A stretch of DNA of 64,000 nt from Candidatus Atabeyarchaeum deiterrae (GTDB lineage Archaea > Asgardarchaeota > Atabeyarchaeia > Atabeyarchaeales > Atabeyarchaeaceae). How positions within the stretch are numbered: position 1 is the stretch's first letter; the number at the start of each line of letters is the position of its first letter. The notes below the pieces were generated by a model. The model did not search any database and had not been told where the DNA came from. It saw nothing but the letters and a program-made list of their open reading frames with translations. Below, one piece after another: positions 55,446 to 64,000 of the stretch. The stretch is taken from contig CP147780.1 of the NCBI GenBank assembly GCA_037310415.1, forward strand, positions 448,001-512,000, in the 5' to 3' direction. Both the position numbers and the translations under genes were made by a program.

Positions 55446-56303
55446 TTGTTAAACTGGAACTTGAATCATGGTGAGCATAGCTTGGCTGATGACACCATAG
55501 ACAAGCTTGAGCAGAGAAGGATAGATAAACATAAGTTCAGACTAAAACGCGTTGAAGACTCGCGAAGCATTGAAGGAGTAATAGATCAGTTAACGCTCTT
55601 TACATTATACGATTTGATAAACAAGGGCCTACTCAGAGTAATCCATGGAGTCATAGCCACTGGGAAGGAATCGAACGTTTACTGGGCCGAGAACGCAAAG
55701 GGGCGGAGCGTGGCAGTAAAAATCTATCGCACCTCAACGGCCGATTTCAAACGAATGCGAGAGTATGTAATTGGTGATCCTAGGTTTAAGCGAATCAAAG
55801 GCGGGACCCGTTCAATGATTTTCACTTGGGCTGAGAAAGAATTCAAGAATCTTAGAACAGCCTTTGACATCGGTGTCCGTGTCCCGAAACCAATCGCCGT
55901 GCAGAAGAACGTACTTGTAATGGAATTCCTGGGTAGGTCGGGCATACCTGCACCTAGGCTGAAGGACGAAGCACCTAGTAACCCCTCGTCGACTCTGAAG
56001 ACAATCATACACTATTTGAAATTGCTCTACACGAAAGCTGAGATAGTTCACGCTGACCTTAGTGAATATAATGTACTGATGTGGAAGGGTCCAGTACTAA
56101 TCGATATCTCGCAGGGGGTACATATATCTCATCCGCTCTCCAAAGAGTATTTGAAAAGGGACCTTCAAAACATAACTAGGTATTTCTCTTCACTTGGGGT
56201 CTCAACCAAACCTGTTCCCCAGATATATGAGGATGTTACGGGGGAGGAATACAAGGAGCAGTTCTTATCGTCTGAATCTATATCTATGAGACGAGCTCCA
56301 TGA
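55446..56303 (+). CDS. rio1: RIO1 kinase
   Basis: TGKESNVY, AVKIY, WAEKEF.NL, HADLSEYN, IDISQ. Confidence 0.95.
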   Translation: MLNWNLNHGEHSLADDTIDKLEQRRIDKHKFRLKRVEDSRSIEGVIDQLTLFTLYDLINKGLLRVIHGVIATGKESNVYWAENAKGRSVAVKIYRTSTADFKRMREYVIGDPRFKRIKGGTRSMIFTWAEKEFKNLRTAFDIGVRVPKPIAVQKNVLVMEFLGRSGIPAPRLKDEAPSNPSSTLKTIIHYLKLLYTKAEIVHADLSEYNVLMWKGPVLIDISQGVHISHPLSKEYLKRDLQNITRYFSSLGVSTKPVPQIYEDVTGEEYKEQFLSSESISMRRAP

Positions 56304-56890
56304 TTCAGGCAAAAGAAGTGATTAGGATCCCCCAAGCAAGGGTAGGCGTTGTCATAGGGAAGGATGGTGAAGTTAAGAAAAGGATTGAACAGGAGACTAA
56401 TACAAAGATAACCATAGACAGTGAAGAGGGAAACGTTACAGTTGAGACGACTGAGGAGACTGAGGATCCTCTCGCAGCCTGGAAAGCTCGTGACATCATA
56501 ATGGCAATTGCCAGGGGATTCAACCCCAAAAAAGCTTTCAGGCTCCTCGAGGAAGATGAGGCCATAGAGGTGATAGAATTATCGGACTTCGTAGGAAGAT
56601 CCGAGAACGCTCTCAACAGAATAAGAGGGAGACTGATAGGGGAAAACGGAAAAACCAGACGAATCATAGAGGAATTGACAGGTGGAAATATCTCCATCTA
56701 TGGACGCACAGTAAGTATCATCGGTGAATTCGATCAATTAAGCGTTGCCAAAGAAACACTCATATTGCTCATTAATGGCGCCCAACATAGAACGGTTTAT
56801 AGATTCCTTCACAGAAAAAGCAGGGAGCTGAAAAGAGCTAGAATGGAGCTTTGGAAGCCCAGGGTTGAAGTTAAGGATCAATGGCGCTGA
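56300..56890 (+). CDS. Dim2/Pno1-like KH-domain rRNA processing protein
   Basis: R.GVVIGKDG, AI.RGF, RGRLIGENGKTR. Confidence 0.92.
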   Translation: MIQAKEVIRIPQARVGVVIGKDGEVKKRIEQETNTKITIDSEEGNVTVETTEETEDPLAAWKARDIIMAIARGFNPKKAFRLLEEDEAIEVIELSDFVGRSENALNRIRGRLIGENGKTRRIIEELTGGNISIYGRTVSIIGEFDQLSVAKETLILLINGAQHRTVYRFLHRKSRELKRARMELWKPRVEVKDQWR

Positions 56891-57073
56891 GGAATTGTGC
56901 CTGACTTACAGCCTTTGTTTGTCACCACTCTCTTCAGCCACTGACACTCTCGTACCCTTTTTGGTTCACACAATAATAGTGTTTACAGTACAAGCTTTCC
57001 GAAAACCTTAATATTACAAACTATTTCTACAATAGTCTACAACCGTTACCAAATAGTTGTCTCTAGTGGAAGC

Positions 57074-57216
57074 GCCGGGGTAGCTCAGCCAGGTAGAGCA
57101 GCGGGCTGTTAACCCGTCGGTCACACACGTGAGCAACATGTGGACTACAGGTTCGAAAGTCAAGAGGAATCTATATACCTAGTCCTCTGAGACCGGAAAC
57201 CCTGTCCCCGGCGCCA
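57074..57216 (+). tRNA. tRNA-Asn(GTT) with 2 introns (57125-57148 at 50/51, 57158-57199 at 59/60)
   Basis: 143 minus 24+42 gives 77 nt; BHB GGTC/GACT and TTCG/CGGA. Confidence 0.92.
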
Positions 57217-57239
57217 CTAATATGTCCGCCATTGAATGT

Positions 57240-57365
57240 GCTCCGGTAGTCTAGTCCGGTCATCCGTCAGGTCCGAAAGGATAGAGGCCCTTCGAGCCTC
57301 CGACGCGGGAAGCCTTGATCCATTCGGATAAGGGCTCGCGAATCCGAATCCCGCCCGGAGCACCA
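57240..57365 (+). tRNA. tRNA-Glu(TTC) with 2 introns (57263-57277 D-loop, 57310-57342 at 53/54)
   Basis: 126 minus 15+33 gives 78 nt; GAGGC-CC-TTC-GA-GCCTC; BHB CGCG/CGCG. Confidence 0.88.
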
Positions 57366-57614
57366 CCAACTGTTCTCTCAGACGAAACAGAGTTGTTCTT
57401 CAAATCAGGCTTTTCTCGTGTCTAGTCGTAATCGAATAATGACTAGCAGTGAGTCCAGAAGCAAGAGGATCCTTAACCTGTGGCCAATGGTGTTCCTGGA
57501 GATCCTCTGCTTTTTGGCTAAGATTAGAGGAGATACTTCGAACTCCCGATGTGACCGTTTCTCTCGCCTGTCAATCTGGGAGCAGTTCAAATACCCAGAA
57601 CCCCAGACTACAAG

Positions 57615-57926
57615 GTGGTTGTCGACATCATGACGAACCCGCACGACTCAATTCTTTATAGTGAATTGGGCGAAAGCGTCATCAATTTAGCCTTCTCAGT
57701 TGCAGCCATAGTGTTATTCATCACAATTCTCTTGACAGTGAACCATTTGAGGAGAAGATTCTCAGCTACGACCTGCTTACTATTGGGGATAGAGTTAATT
57801 CTCTTCACGATGGCTGCCGACGAGCAAATACGTCTCCTCATCTTCCAAGATCTCATCGCTCCAATCATCGACTCTTTACTGATGCCACTTCAGAAGCTCT
57901 TTGGCTTGACCTGGAGATTCCTTTGA
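57615..57926 (+). CDS. Hypothetical small membrane protein
   Basis: Two hydrophobic helices; no family recognised. Confidence 0.4.
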   Translation: MVVDIMTNPHDSILYSELGESVINLAFSVAAIVLFITILLTVNHLRRRFSATTCLLLGIELILFTMAADEQIRLLIFQDLIAPIIDSLLMPLQKLFGLTWRFL

Positions 57927-57957
57927 CCCACAATAACGAGGGATCGGGCGTGGGATC

Positions 57958-58320
57958 CTATTTTGAAGAGCAATGAGCTGGTCTGCCATGGCCCCTTCCC
58001 ATTGAACATGTTCTGAAATACATATTCAAATAAGTCTTGAAAGAACTCAAAACCTGATACCCAATTGGCACATAGAGTGAAAAGAAAAGTACAGATGCAG
58101 AGTTCAATAAACTGGTCCAACTGTAAATCAGTTGCATATCGAACGTCGCAGAAAACGTAACGACCGCGCTAATGCTCAACAGCAGATCCAAGATCGGTTT
58201 CAACATCTGCAAATCAAGCAGCTCGCCACTCATCTCTTCGGGCACTTCCTCCAGCTCATCTTCTTGCGGCAATATGTACTCAACAGTATCCGTTTCAGAT
58301 GAGACCCGAACATCACCCAA
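57958..58320 (-). CDS. Hypothetical protein (acidic N-terminus, hydrophobic middle); start uncertain
   Basis: Frame stays open up to 58386; the nearest ATG (58390) is out of frame by one base. Confidence 0.4.
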   Translation of the reverse strand: MGDVRVSSETDTVEYILPQEDELEEVPEEMSGELLDLQMLKPILDLLLSISAVVTFSATFDMQLIYSWTSLLNSASVLFFSLYVPIGYQVLSSFKTYLNMYFRTCSMGRGHGRPAHCSSK

Positions 58321-58535
58321 AAACCGTCTACGTGCCCGAATCTCTTGGGAAGAACCTCGAATAGAATCCGGAATCTCAAAAGGGATTCATATTCACATAG
58401 GGAAACCAAAAAAAAGGTGATGTCTTTGAGTGGGGAGATTGGACAGAACGCATGACTCGAGGGTGAGTAACCCAAAATAAGCTAGGAAAGCTCTATACTC
58501 CGTTCTCCAAAAAAAGAGAAGGAAGAAGTTGATCT

Positions 58536-59684
58536 CTAGAAGCACCTGTGAATTACAGAGCTTCCTTGTTCTTTGTACTCTTTGTTGCTTATCCAGAGCT
58601 TCTGGAAAGTCTTGAGACTGGAAAGGATTGAGCCGCCCATCCAGACTGAATATTGGCGCTCCGGAGGAGCTATGATCTTGACATCAACCTCCTCAGGCGT
58701 CAGCTCCTTTATTTCTTTCTCCAGACGCTCCTTGACTCCTGGGAACATCGTTGAGCCGCCACTGAGCACAATGTTGGCGTAGAGTTCTCTTCTGAGGTCC
58801 ACGTCGCACTTCCTGATAGAGTCTACTATGGACTCATCAAGTGGTGTGGCTTCCATTCCTATTACGCCCGGGTTGAAGAACACTTCGGGTGCGAGGAACC
58901 TTTCTGCACCAATTACTACCTTTTCCCCGTCTGGCAGCACATATTCCTTTTGCATTTCAGCTACTTTTTCAGCGAGTTTCATCTCTTTCTCAGGTTCTAG
59001 TGCAACGTAGCAGAGTTTCTCTTTGATGTCTCGAACGATTTCTCTCTCAGCAGAAGAGACTAGGCTGTATCCTCTCTGTCTTAGCAATCTGCGCAAGTAT
59101 TCTGTGATATCTCTTCCACCTAGATCAACTCTGTTGATCGCGTGGGTCAGCGCGAAACCTTCGTAGATTGGAACTATGTGAGTTACTCCATCTCCAGAAT
59201 CAACGACGAGTCCTGTGGTTCTACCTGAAGCGTATAGACTGAGAACTGCTTGCATTGAGACGTACATCGCTGGAACATTGAAGGTTTCAAACATTATCTC
59301 TGCCATCTTTTCTCTGTTCTTTCTAGGGTTCAATGGTGGCTCTGTGAGCAAGATTGGATGCTCAGCAGGGTTGACTCGCAAATCGTTGTAGAATGTGAAA
59401 TGCCATATCTTTTCCATAGCTTGCCAGTCCAATATCATGCCATGCTCGACTGGATAAACAAGACGCAGAACGCCTCTGAGGTTGAGCGCTTCTTCGCCGA
59501 TGTAGTACTCTCTTGTGTAATGCTCTACGTCAGTCATGATTGATGTGTACTTAGGGTATCCTATTATCGTTGGCCAGACACTTCTGGGACGATCCTCTCC
59601 GGCGTATCCGTTCTTGGTCAAGCCGCTGCCGTTGTCAAGAACTATTGGTTTAGCTGCAACAATTTCTTCTCCTGATGATGCCAT
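58536..59684 (-). CDS. Actin (Lokiactin-type)
   Basis: [81 protein letters not shown]-terminal HRCF. Confidence 0.97.
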   Translation of the reverse strand: MASSGEEIVAAKPIVLDNGSGLTKNGYAGEDRPRSVWPTIIGYPKYTSIMTDVEHYTREYYIGEEALNLRGVLRLVYPVEHGMILDWQAMEKIWHFTFYNDLRVNPAEHPILLTEPPLNPRKNREKMAEIMFETFNVPAMYVSMQAVLSLYASGRTTGLVVDSGDGVTHIVPIYEGFALTHAINRVDLGGRDITEYLRRLLRQRGYSLVSSAEREIVRDIKEKLCYVALEPEKEMKLAEKVAEMQKEYVLPDGEKVVIGAERFLAPEVFFNPGVIGMEATPLDESIVDSIRKCDVDLRRELYANIVLSGGSTMFPGVKERLEKEIKELTPEEVDVKIIAPPERQYSVWMGGSILSSLKTFQKLWISNKEYKEQGSSVIHRCF

Positions 59685-59771
59685 CTTTACTATTCACCTT
59701 TCTATCGATAGATTTACAGAAATTTCCTTCTGATCAATTGCTTGTCTAAGAGCGTATAAAAACGTTTATAG

Positions 59772-60470
59772 GTGAGACGTCTCATAGGTATTATGATTAA
59801 TATGAACAATAGGAATCAAGCTGCCAGCTACGTTTCTAAGGTTGTTGGAGGCGTTGACGCAAGAGAGTGGTTATTAGAGGGCTTGGTCGGTGGCCCAAAA
59901 TCTGGTTTGAATTTGCGAAGGTTCCTCGCAAAGAAGTTGAGATCCAAGATCTCTAATGCGAAGCTGTACTATAACTTACAGGTGTTGTTTGACGCAGGTC
60001 TTATCAGGCTTCGCAGCAAATGGCGTGGAAAAGAGGTTGAGCTGGATCCGAGATGGCTTCAACCTGTTCGAGAATACTTCAACGTTAAGACCCCAATAGT
60101 GTGTGTCGGCGGACTAGAAGAGCGTTTTAGGAGTCCAAGCCTGGTGGAGTCGGCTTTGACGCTCACGGACATTAAACCAATCAGATATTATCTTGTTGCC
60201 CGTGATGAGCTCAGAGGGAAAGTCTCTGGCGTACCTGGAAACGTTAAGTTTGTTCTTGTTTCATCAGAGTTGCTTGAAGGTGACCTTGCTGGAATTAAGC
60301 GAGTATTTGAAGGTGTCATTTCTGACGAGCTGGGATCCCATGAGGTTATTGTTGATTTGAGCGACGGAGTCAGACTGGGTATGCTTGTCCTTTACAGGCT
60401 CGCCGAGGACTATGGTCTTCGCCGGTTCTATTTGTCAGAGCCTGAACACAAGATAATCTGGCTCCCCTAG
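59772..60470 (+). CDS. Winged-helix plus CARF-like domain transcription regulator
   Basis: N-terminal wHTH (LYYNLQVL..AGLI); C-terminal Rossmann-like domain with VIVDLSDG.R...L.LY..A...G...FY...LP. Confidence 0.65.
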   Translation: MRRLIGIMINMNNRNQAASYVSKVVGGVDAREWLLEGLVGGPKSGLNLRRFLAKKLRSKISNAKLYYNLQVLFDAGLIRLRSKWRGKEVELDPRWLQPVREYFNVKTPIVCVGGLEERFRSPSLVESALTLTDIKPIRYYLVARDELRGKVSGVPGNVKFVLVSSELLEGDLAGIKRVFEGVISDELGSHEVIVDLSDGVRLGMLVLYRLAEDYGLRRFYLSEPEHKIIWLP

Positions 60471-60473
60471 CTA

Positions 60474-61235
60474 TTAGATTTTCCTTCTCCTATGGTCGTT
60501 GTAAGCTCTAACCTCTATCTCATTTCCTCCGATTGTCCTATAGATTTTCGGAACCACAATCGTAGTGTCAAGCTGACTGCAGTACCGTATATCATCGTTG
60601 AAGCCCATCCTGATGAGGTACCTACCATGCCTAGTCTTTGACAATAGTGAGTAAATGAGAGAGTCCGTCATTATCCGCTCTACAACCTTCGAATTGGCCC
60701 TTGCCTTGCTTTCTATTTTTCTCTTGATTAGTTGCGCGCAAGCCGAGTCATCTCGACTTGGTTTCTCACCCTCACCCGCTTGGATTATTGAGATGTCGGT
60801 GCCCTCGTCGACGGCCAACCTCTTGGCCTTCTTAGCCACTGCCGTTGCATTTAGAAACGCTCCTATTAGTGTGTCTTCGCATGACGGTAGCTGCTTGCAT
60901 CTTTCAAGAATTCTCGTGCAGTTGCTTGTCGTCAGTACTATGTTCATGTTTCTTACTCTCTGAGAGGAATATTCTGAAGGCGAATTCCCCAGTTGAAAGC
61001 CAGATATTCTCAATCCTCTTCGTTCACCGCATAGGATTGAGTTGGGCGTCGTCTTCGCAAGTTCCTTTGCACGACAGATAGTTGAGGCAGGAATAATACT
61101 TAAAGCGCCATTGTTTATGGCAGTGATCATGGTGCTACTGGCTCTTAGTACATCTACCACTACGACTACGTTTCTCTCTTTGGATGCTTCTTTTATTCCA
61201 TCGGTGCCTACTCGCACCTTGATATTTCCTGGCAA
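60474..61235 (-). CDS. comB: 2-phosphosulfolactate phosphatase family
   Basis: VDVLRASST, GER.G..I.GF..GNSP, TTSNCT, D..CA. Confidence 0.9.
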   Translation of the reverse strand: MPGNIKVRVGTDGIKEASKERNVVVVVDVLRASSTMITAINNGALSIIPASTICRAKELAKTTPNSILCGERRGLRISGFQLGNSPSEYSSQRVRNMNIVLTTSNCTRILERCKQLPSCEDTLIGAFLNATAVAKKAKRLAVDEGTDISIIQAGEGEKPSRDDSACAQLIKRKIESKARANSKVVERIMTDSLIYSLLSKTRHGRYLIRMGFNDDIRYCSQLDTTIVVPKIYRTIGGNEIEVRAYNDHRRRKI

Positions 61236-61303
61236 AACCCACTCACGTTACAAAGCGCCTTAATGTCGTCTTAGTAGGGAAAACGCATGACACAGTTAAG
61301 TTC

Positions 61304-61723
61304 TTACTGGTTGGGTTGATGAATGATCTTCTTGCTCCTTTTGAGTTCAATGGGCGTTCCAGTCTTGATTTTGACCGCTCCCATGATGTTGGTTAGCGGC
61401 GGAGCAAAGGTTGCCTCAATCCACTCCCTTGTTCTTGCCTCTGCTTCTTCTCGCGTCCCTGCTTCTTTATTCACATCTATCCTTAGGAAAATGTTGTATG
61501 GCTCCTTTTCGTCTTTGTGTTTCAGCAAGGCAAGGAAGGCTTTCGAGCCTTGGGGCACTTCGATGCTGCCCTCATATTCAACATAGCTCTCATTGGCAGA
61601 CTTTATCTCGGTCATCTTAACGTTCTTCAGGACTGTTATGCTTCGGAGAGTCTCTAATAGCTTTTCCGAGTCTTCTCTAAGCTGTAGTTCACGCTCTAGC
61701 GCTACTTGTATGTAGAAATCCAT
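61304..61723 (-). CDS. Hypothetical protein
   Basis: Globular-looking ORF; start placed at MDFY. Confidence 0.6.
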   Translation of the reverse strand: MDFYIQVALERELQLREDSEKLLETLRSITVLKNVKMTEIKSANESYVEYEGSIEVPQGSKAFLALLKHKDEKEPYNIFLRIDVNKEAGTREEAEARTREWIEATFAPPLTNIMGAVKIKTGTPIELKRSKKIIHQPNQ

Positions 61724-61811
61724 TCTGAATAAGGGCAATTGCCTTTCCTCCATGCGCATCAAATTGGAACAGTCTTGTGAGAATCTATCAAGTTTCAGCA
61801 GTAATCTCTTC

Positions 61812-62444
61812 TCAAGACACTTTTTTATAGGCATCCTTGTTTTTTAGGCTTGCGTATGCGTGGGCTGCTCTATGCAGAGCAGTGAAGTTTGCTAGGATTG
61901 CTACTATGATCAGCCCATATATCATTATATATTCATAGACTATTCCGAGAATCCCTGTTATCGACACGATCAAGAGCCTTTCTGATCTCGCTGCCACCCC
62001 GATATCGCTCTTCTTGACACCAGTTGCTTCGCTTTTTGCCCTTGTGTAACTAACCATGAGTGATCCAACCATACCTATACAAACCCATATTCTAAACTGC
62101 ACGCCCAAGACTATCGTCCCGCCAAGTGGTGTCGTAATGGGATTGAATATGTAGCTGAGCACTATTATTGCGTCCCCGTATCGGTCAAGCATGGAATCGA
62201 GGAAACCACCCCACTGCGTGGTCTTGCTGGTAATCCTTGCGATTGCCCCGTCCACTCCGTCCATGAGTCCAACCAAGAAGACCGTCACTCCAAAAGCGAA
62301 ATAATCTCCTTTGGCCATGAGAAATGGTGTGATTGAAGCCAATAGTGCACCGAAAACTGTTATCATGTTGGGAGTCAGCTTCAATCTTATGAAAAGGGTG
62401 GCTATGGAATTCACAAGTGGCCTAAATATTCCTCTTACTCTCAA
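61812..62444 (-). CDS. CDP-alcohol phosphatidyltransferase (archaetidylinositol phosphate synthase-like)
   Basis: TPN.IT, DG.DG..AR......G.FLD..LDR..D, SY.RA..E, R.ER. Confidence 0.92.
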   Translation of the reverse strand: MRVRGIFRPLVNSIATLFIRLKLTPNMITVFGALLASITPFLMAKGDYFAFGVTVFLVGLMDGVDGAIARITSKTTQWGGFLDSMLDRYGDAIIVLSYIFNPITTPLGGTIVLGVQFRIWVCIGMVGSLMVSYTRAKSEATGVKKSDIGVAARSERLLIVSITGILGIVYEYIMIYGLIIVAILANFTALHRAAHAYASLKNKDAYKKVS

Positions 62445-62475
62445 TCTGTCAGTTCTCCTTTTGAACCCGTCTTGT

Positions 62476-63588
62476 TTATCTGACGACTTGGCTCGTGCCT
62501 ATTGTTGCATCTATTATATCTCGTCCAAAGATCACGGCGTTCTCAATGATCTTGCCGTCGCCCACCTGTGAATCACTGAGGACGATTGTGTTTTCACATC
62601 TGACGTCTCTCCCTATCTTGCAGTTGTCTTGTATTGATACATAGGGCCCTATTGTGCTTCCCTCTTTGACTTTGGATCTTTTTCCAATCACTGCCGGTCC
62701 TATGATCGTTGAGGGGGTAGGACTATGATAATCGGGCAATTTGCTTCCGACTGGCGATATGCTGTTGTTCGGGTAGAATCTCCCCAGAGCCTTGTCGGTT
62801 ATTAGTGAGTTTCTGAGGATAAAACGGTTAGCGCCCAGCAGCGTATGAAAATCATCAACATCAAAACAGTAATCTCGACTGCCTATTGCCATGTATCTGG
62901 CCCTGCCAGTTTCCGAGATGTATCTATTCAGTGCATCGATTACCTTTGTTGAGCCACTCTTTGCTACGGCATGAGCATACTTGAAGAGAATTTTAGGACA
63001 GATTACCACGCCTATCGAGGTTCTTACAGAAACTTTCTGATTGCTTCCTCTTTTGGCACTTGTCATCTCTGATTCCTGGAGCTTCACCACCGAACCAGCA
63101 TTTGCTCCTACTCCCAGACTGCATACTACCATACTTCCCCGTGGAGTTTGAGGGTAGCTACTGCCTGCAGCGACGTGAAGTACACCGTCCCTTTCATGGT
63201 TTCTGACTAGGTTTCTCACTATGTCAGGCTTCAAGACCAAATCGACAGGGGTTAGAAGAAAGTCATCGTCAATAGATTCCTCAGCTGCAAGAAAGGAGTG
63301 AATTGGACCTGCCTCGTAGTTGTCAGCGCGTATGCACGAAAATTCAACTCCTTTGTGGCGCCTTGAGGTTTTGACATACTTCTCAACTTTACACCCTATA
63401 TGACCAGTAACGATTTTCACTTCTGTTAGCCCTGCAAGTTCTAATGGTTTTAGCACATATTCTATGAGAGGCTGGTTGGCGACAGGTATGAGGGCCTTCG
63501 GAATCGCGCTGGTCAGAGGGGTGAGCCTTGTTCCGCTGCCAGCAGCTAAGACTATACCTTGCACGCTTGTCTCAGCACCTAAATTCAA
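62476..63588 (-). CDS. Sugar-phosphate nucleotidyltransferase with C-terminal left-handed beta-helix
   Basis: LAAG.GTRL.PLT...PK.L.PV; hexapeptide repeats. Confidence 0.88.
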   Translation of the reverse strand: MNLGAETSVQGIVLAAGSGTRLTPLTSAIPKALIPVANQPLIEYVLKPLELAGLTEVKIVTGHIGCKVEKYVKTSRRHKGVEFSCIRADNYEAGPIHSFLAAEESIDDDFLLTPVDLVLKPDIVRNLVRNHERDGVLHVAAGSSYPQTPRGSMVVCSLGVGANAGSVVKLQESEMTSAKRGSNQKVSVRTSIGVVICPKILFKYAHAVAKSGSTKVIDALNRYISETGRARYMAIGSRDYCFDVDDFHTLLGANRFILRNSLITDKALGRFYPNNSISPVGSKLPDYHSPTPSTIIGPAVIGKRSKVKEGSTIGPYVSIQDNCKIGRDVRCENTIVLSDSQVGDGKIIENAVIFGRDIIDATIGTSQVVR

Positions 63589-64000
63589 TATCTAATACTT
63601 AATGCTTGGCGGTGAATTCGATTCGTTCACGCTAAGTTGTGATCTCTCGAACAGATAATACTTACTTGGATTCTTGCCGTTCAATTCTTTGGGGTTTATT
63701 ACTGCTCTTAAGGCACAATACGACGAAGAAGGTCATTCTTTTAGCAGGTTGTCTTTCATCCTAAGAATCGGGTTGAGATGGTCTCATTTTGAGTGGTCTC
63801 AGGTACTTTTCGGAAATTTGCAGAGCAGCGTCGAGTGTTCGAGTATTAAAAGCCCTAGGGCAAAAGATCTTTAGAAACGACCCGCCCATTGACGCAATGT
63901 ACTATTATAGATTTGGACTCAATAAGGAAGATGTCAAATCTGGAGCCACTTTCATGTTCCTAGTTACTTTTACCGTCTCATTCGTATTGCTGTCTCAGTT

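Noticed and set aside
57284-57300. tRNA-Arg(TCG) reading
   Set aside because: The 5-bp stem centres the loop on TTC, and the acceptor stem and 4-nt variable loop match tRNA-Glu.
61812-63588. Di-myo-inositol-phosphate (IPCT/DIPPS) pathway pair
   Set aside because: The nucleotidyltransferase has a beta-helix domain typical of sugar-phosphate enzymes, and the transferase looks like a lipid synthase; specificity cannot be supported.
63600-64000. Possible gene or RNA at the right edge
   Set aside because: Only one hairpin (about 63605-63637) and a motif-free 66-aa ORF; insufficient evidence.

Overview
Core-genome window from an archaeon, most likely Asgardarchaeota. The assignment is inferred from a Lokiactin-type actin, a presenilin-like protease, eL38, an RPA32-like gene, an enlarged 23S ES39 and a eukaryote-like SECIS. 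The window holds many translation, ribosome-biogenesis and central-metabolism genes, 16S and 23S rRNAs that appear separately promoted, RNase P RNA, 10 tRNAs and a ~7.9 kb integrated element with a tyrosine integrase. The main signal is a proliferation of bulge-helix-bulge (BHB) introns. There are 19 introns in 9 of the 10 tRNAs, including four in the initiator tRNA and one of 257 nt. A 34-nt intron sits inside the 23S sarcin-ricin loop. A 31-nt frame-breaking, stop-forming BHB-type insert in valS points to endonuclease-type mRNA splicing (or translational bypassing) of an essential gene. Separately, an unannotated CxxU SelW/Rdx-like selenoprotein gene with a eukaryote-type 3'-UTR SECIS lies between the 16S and 23S genes. 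All calls come from reading the sequence by eye; no searches were run.
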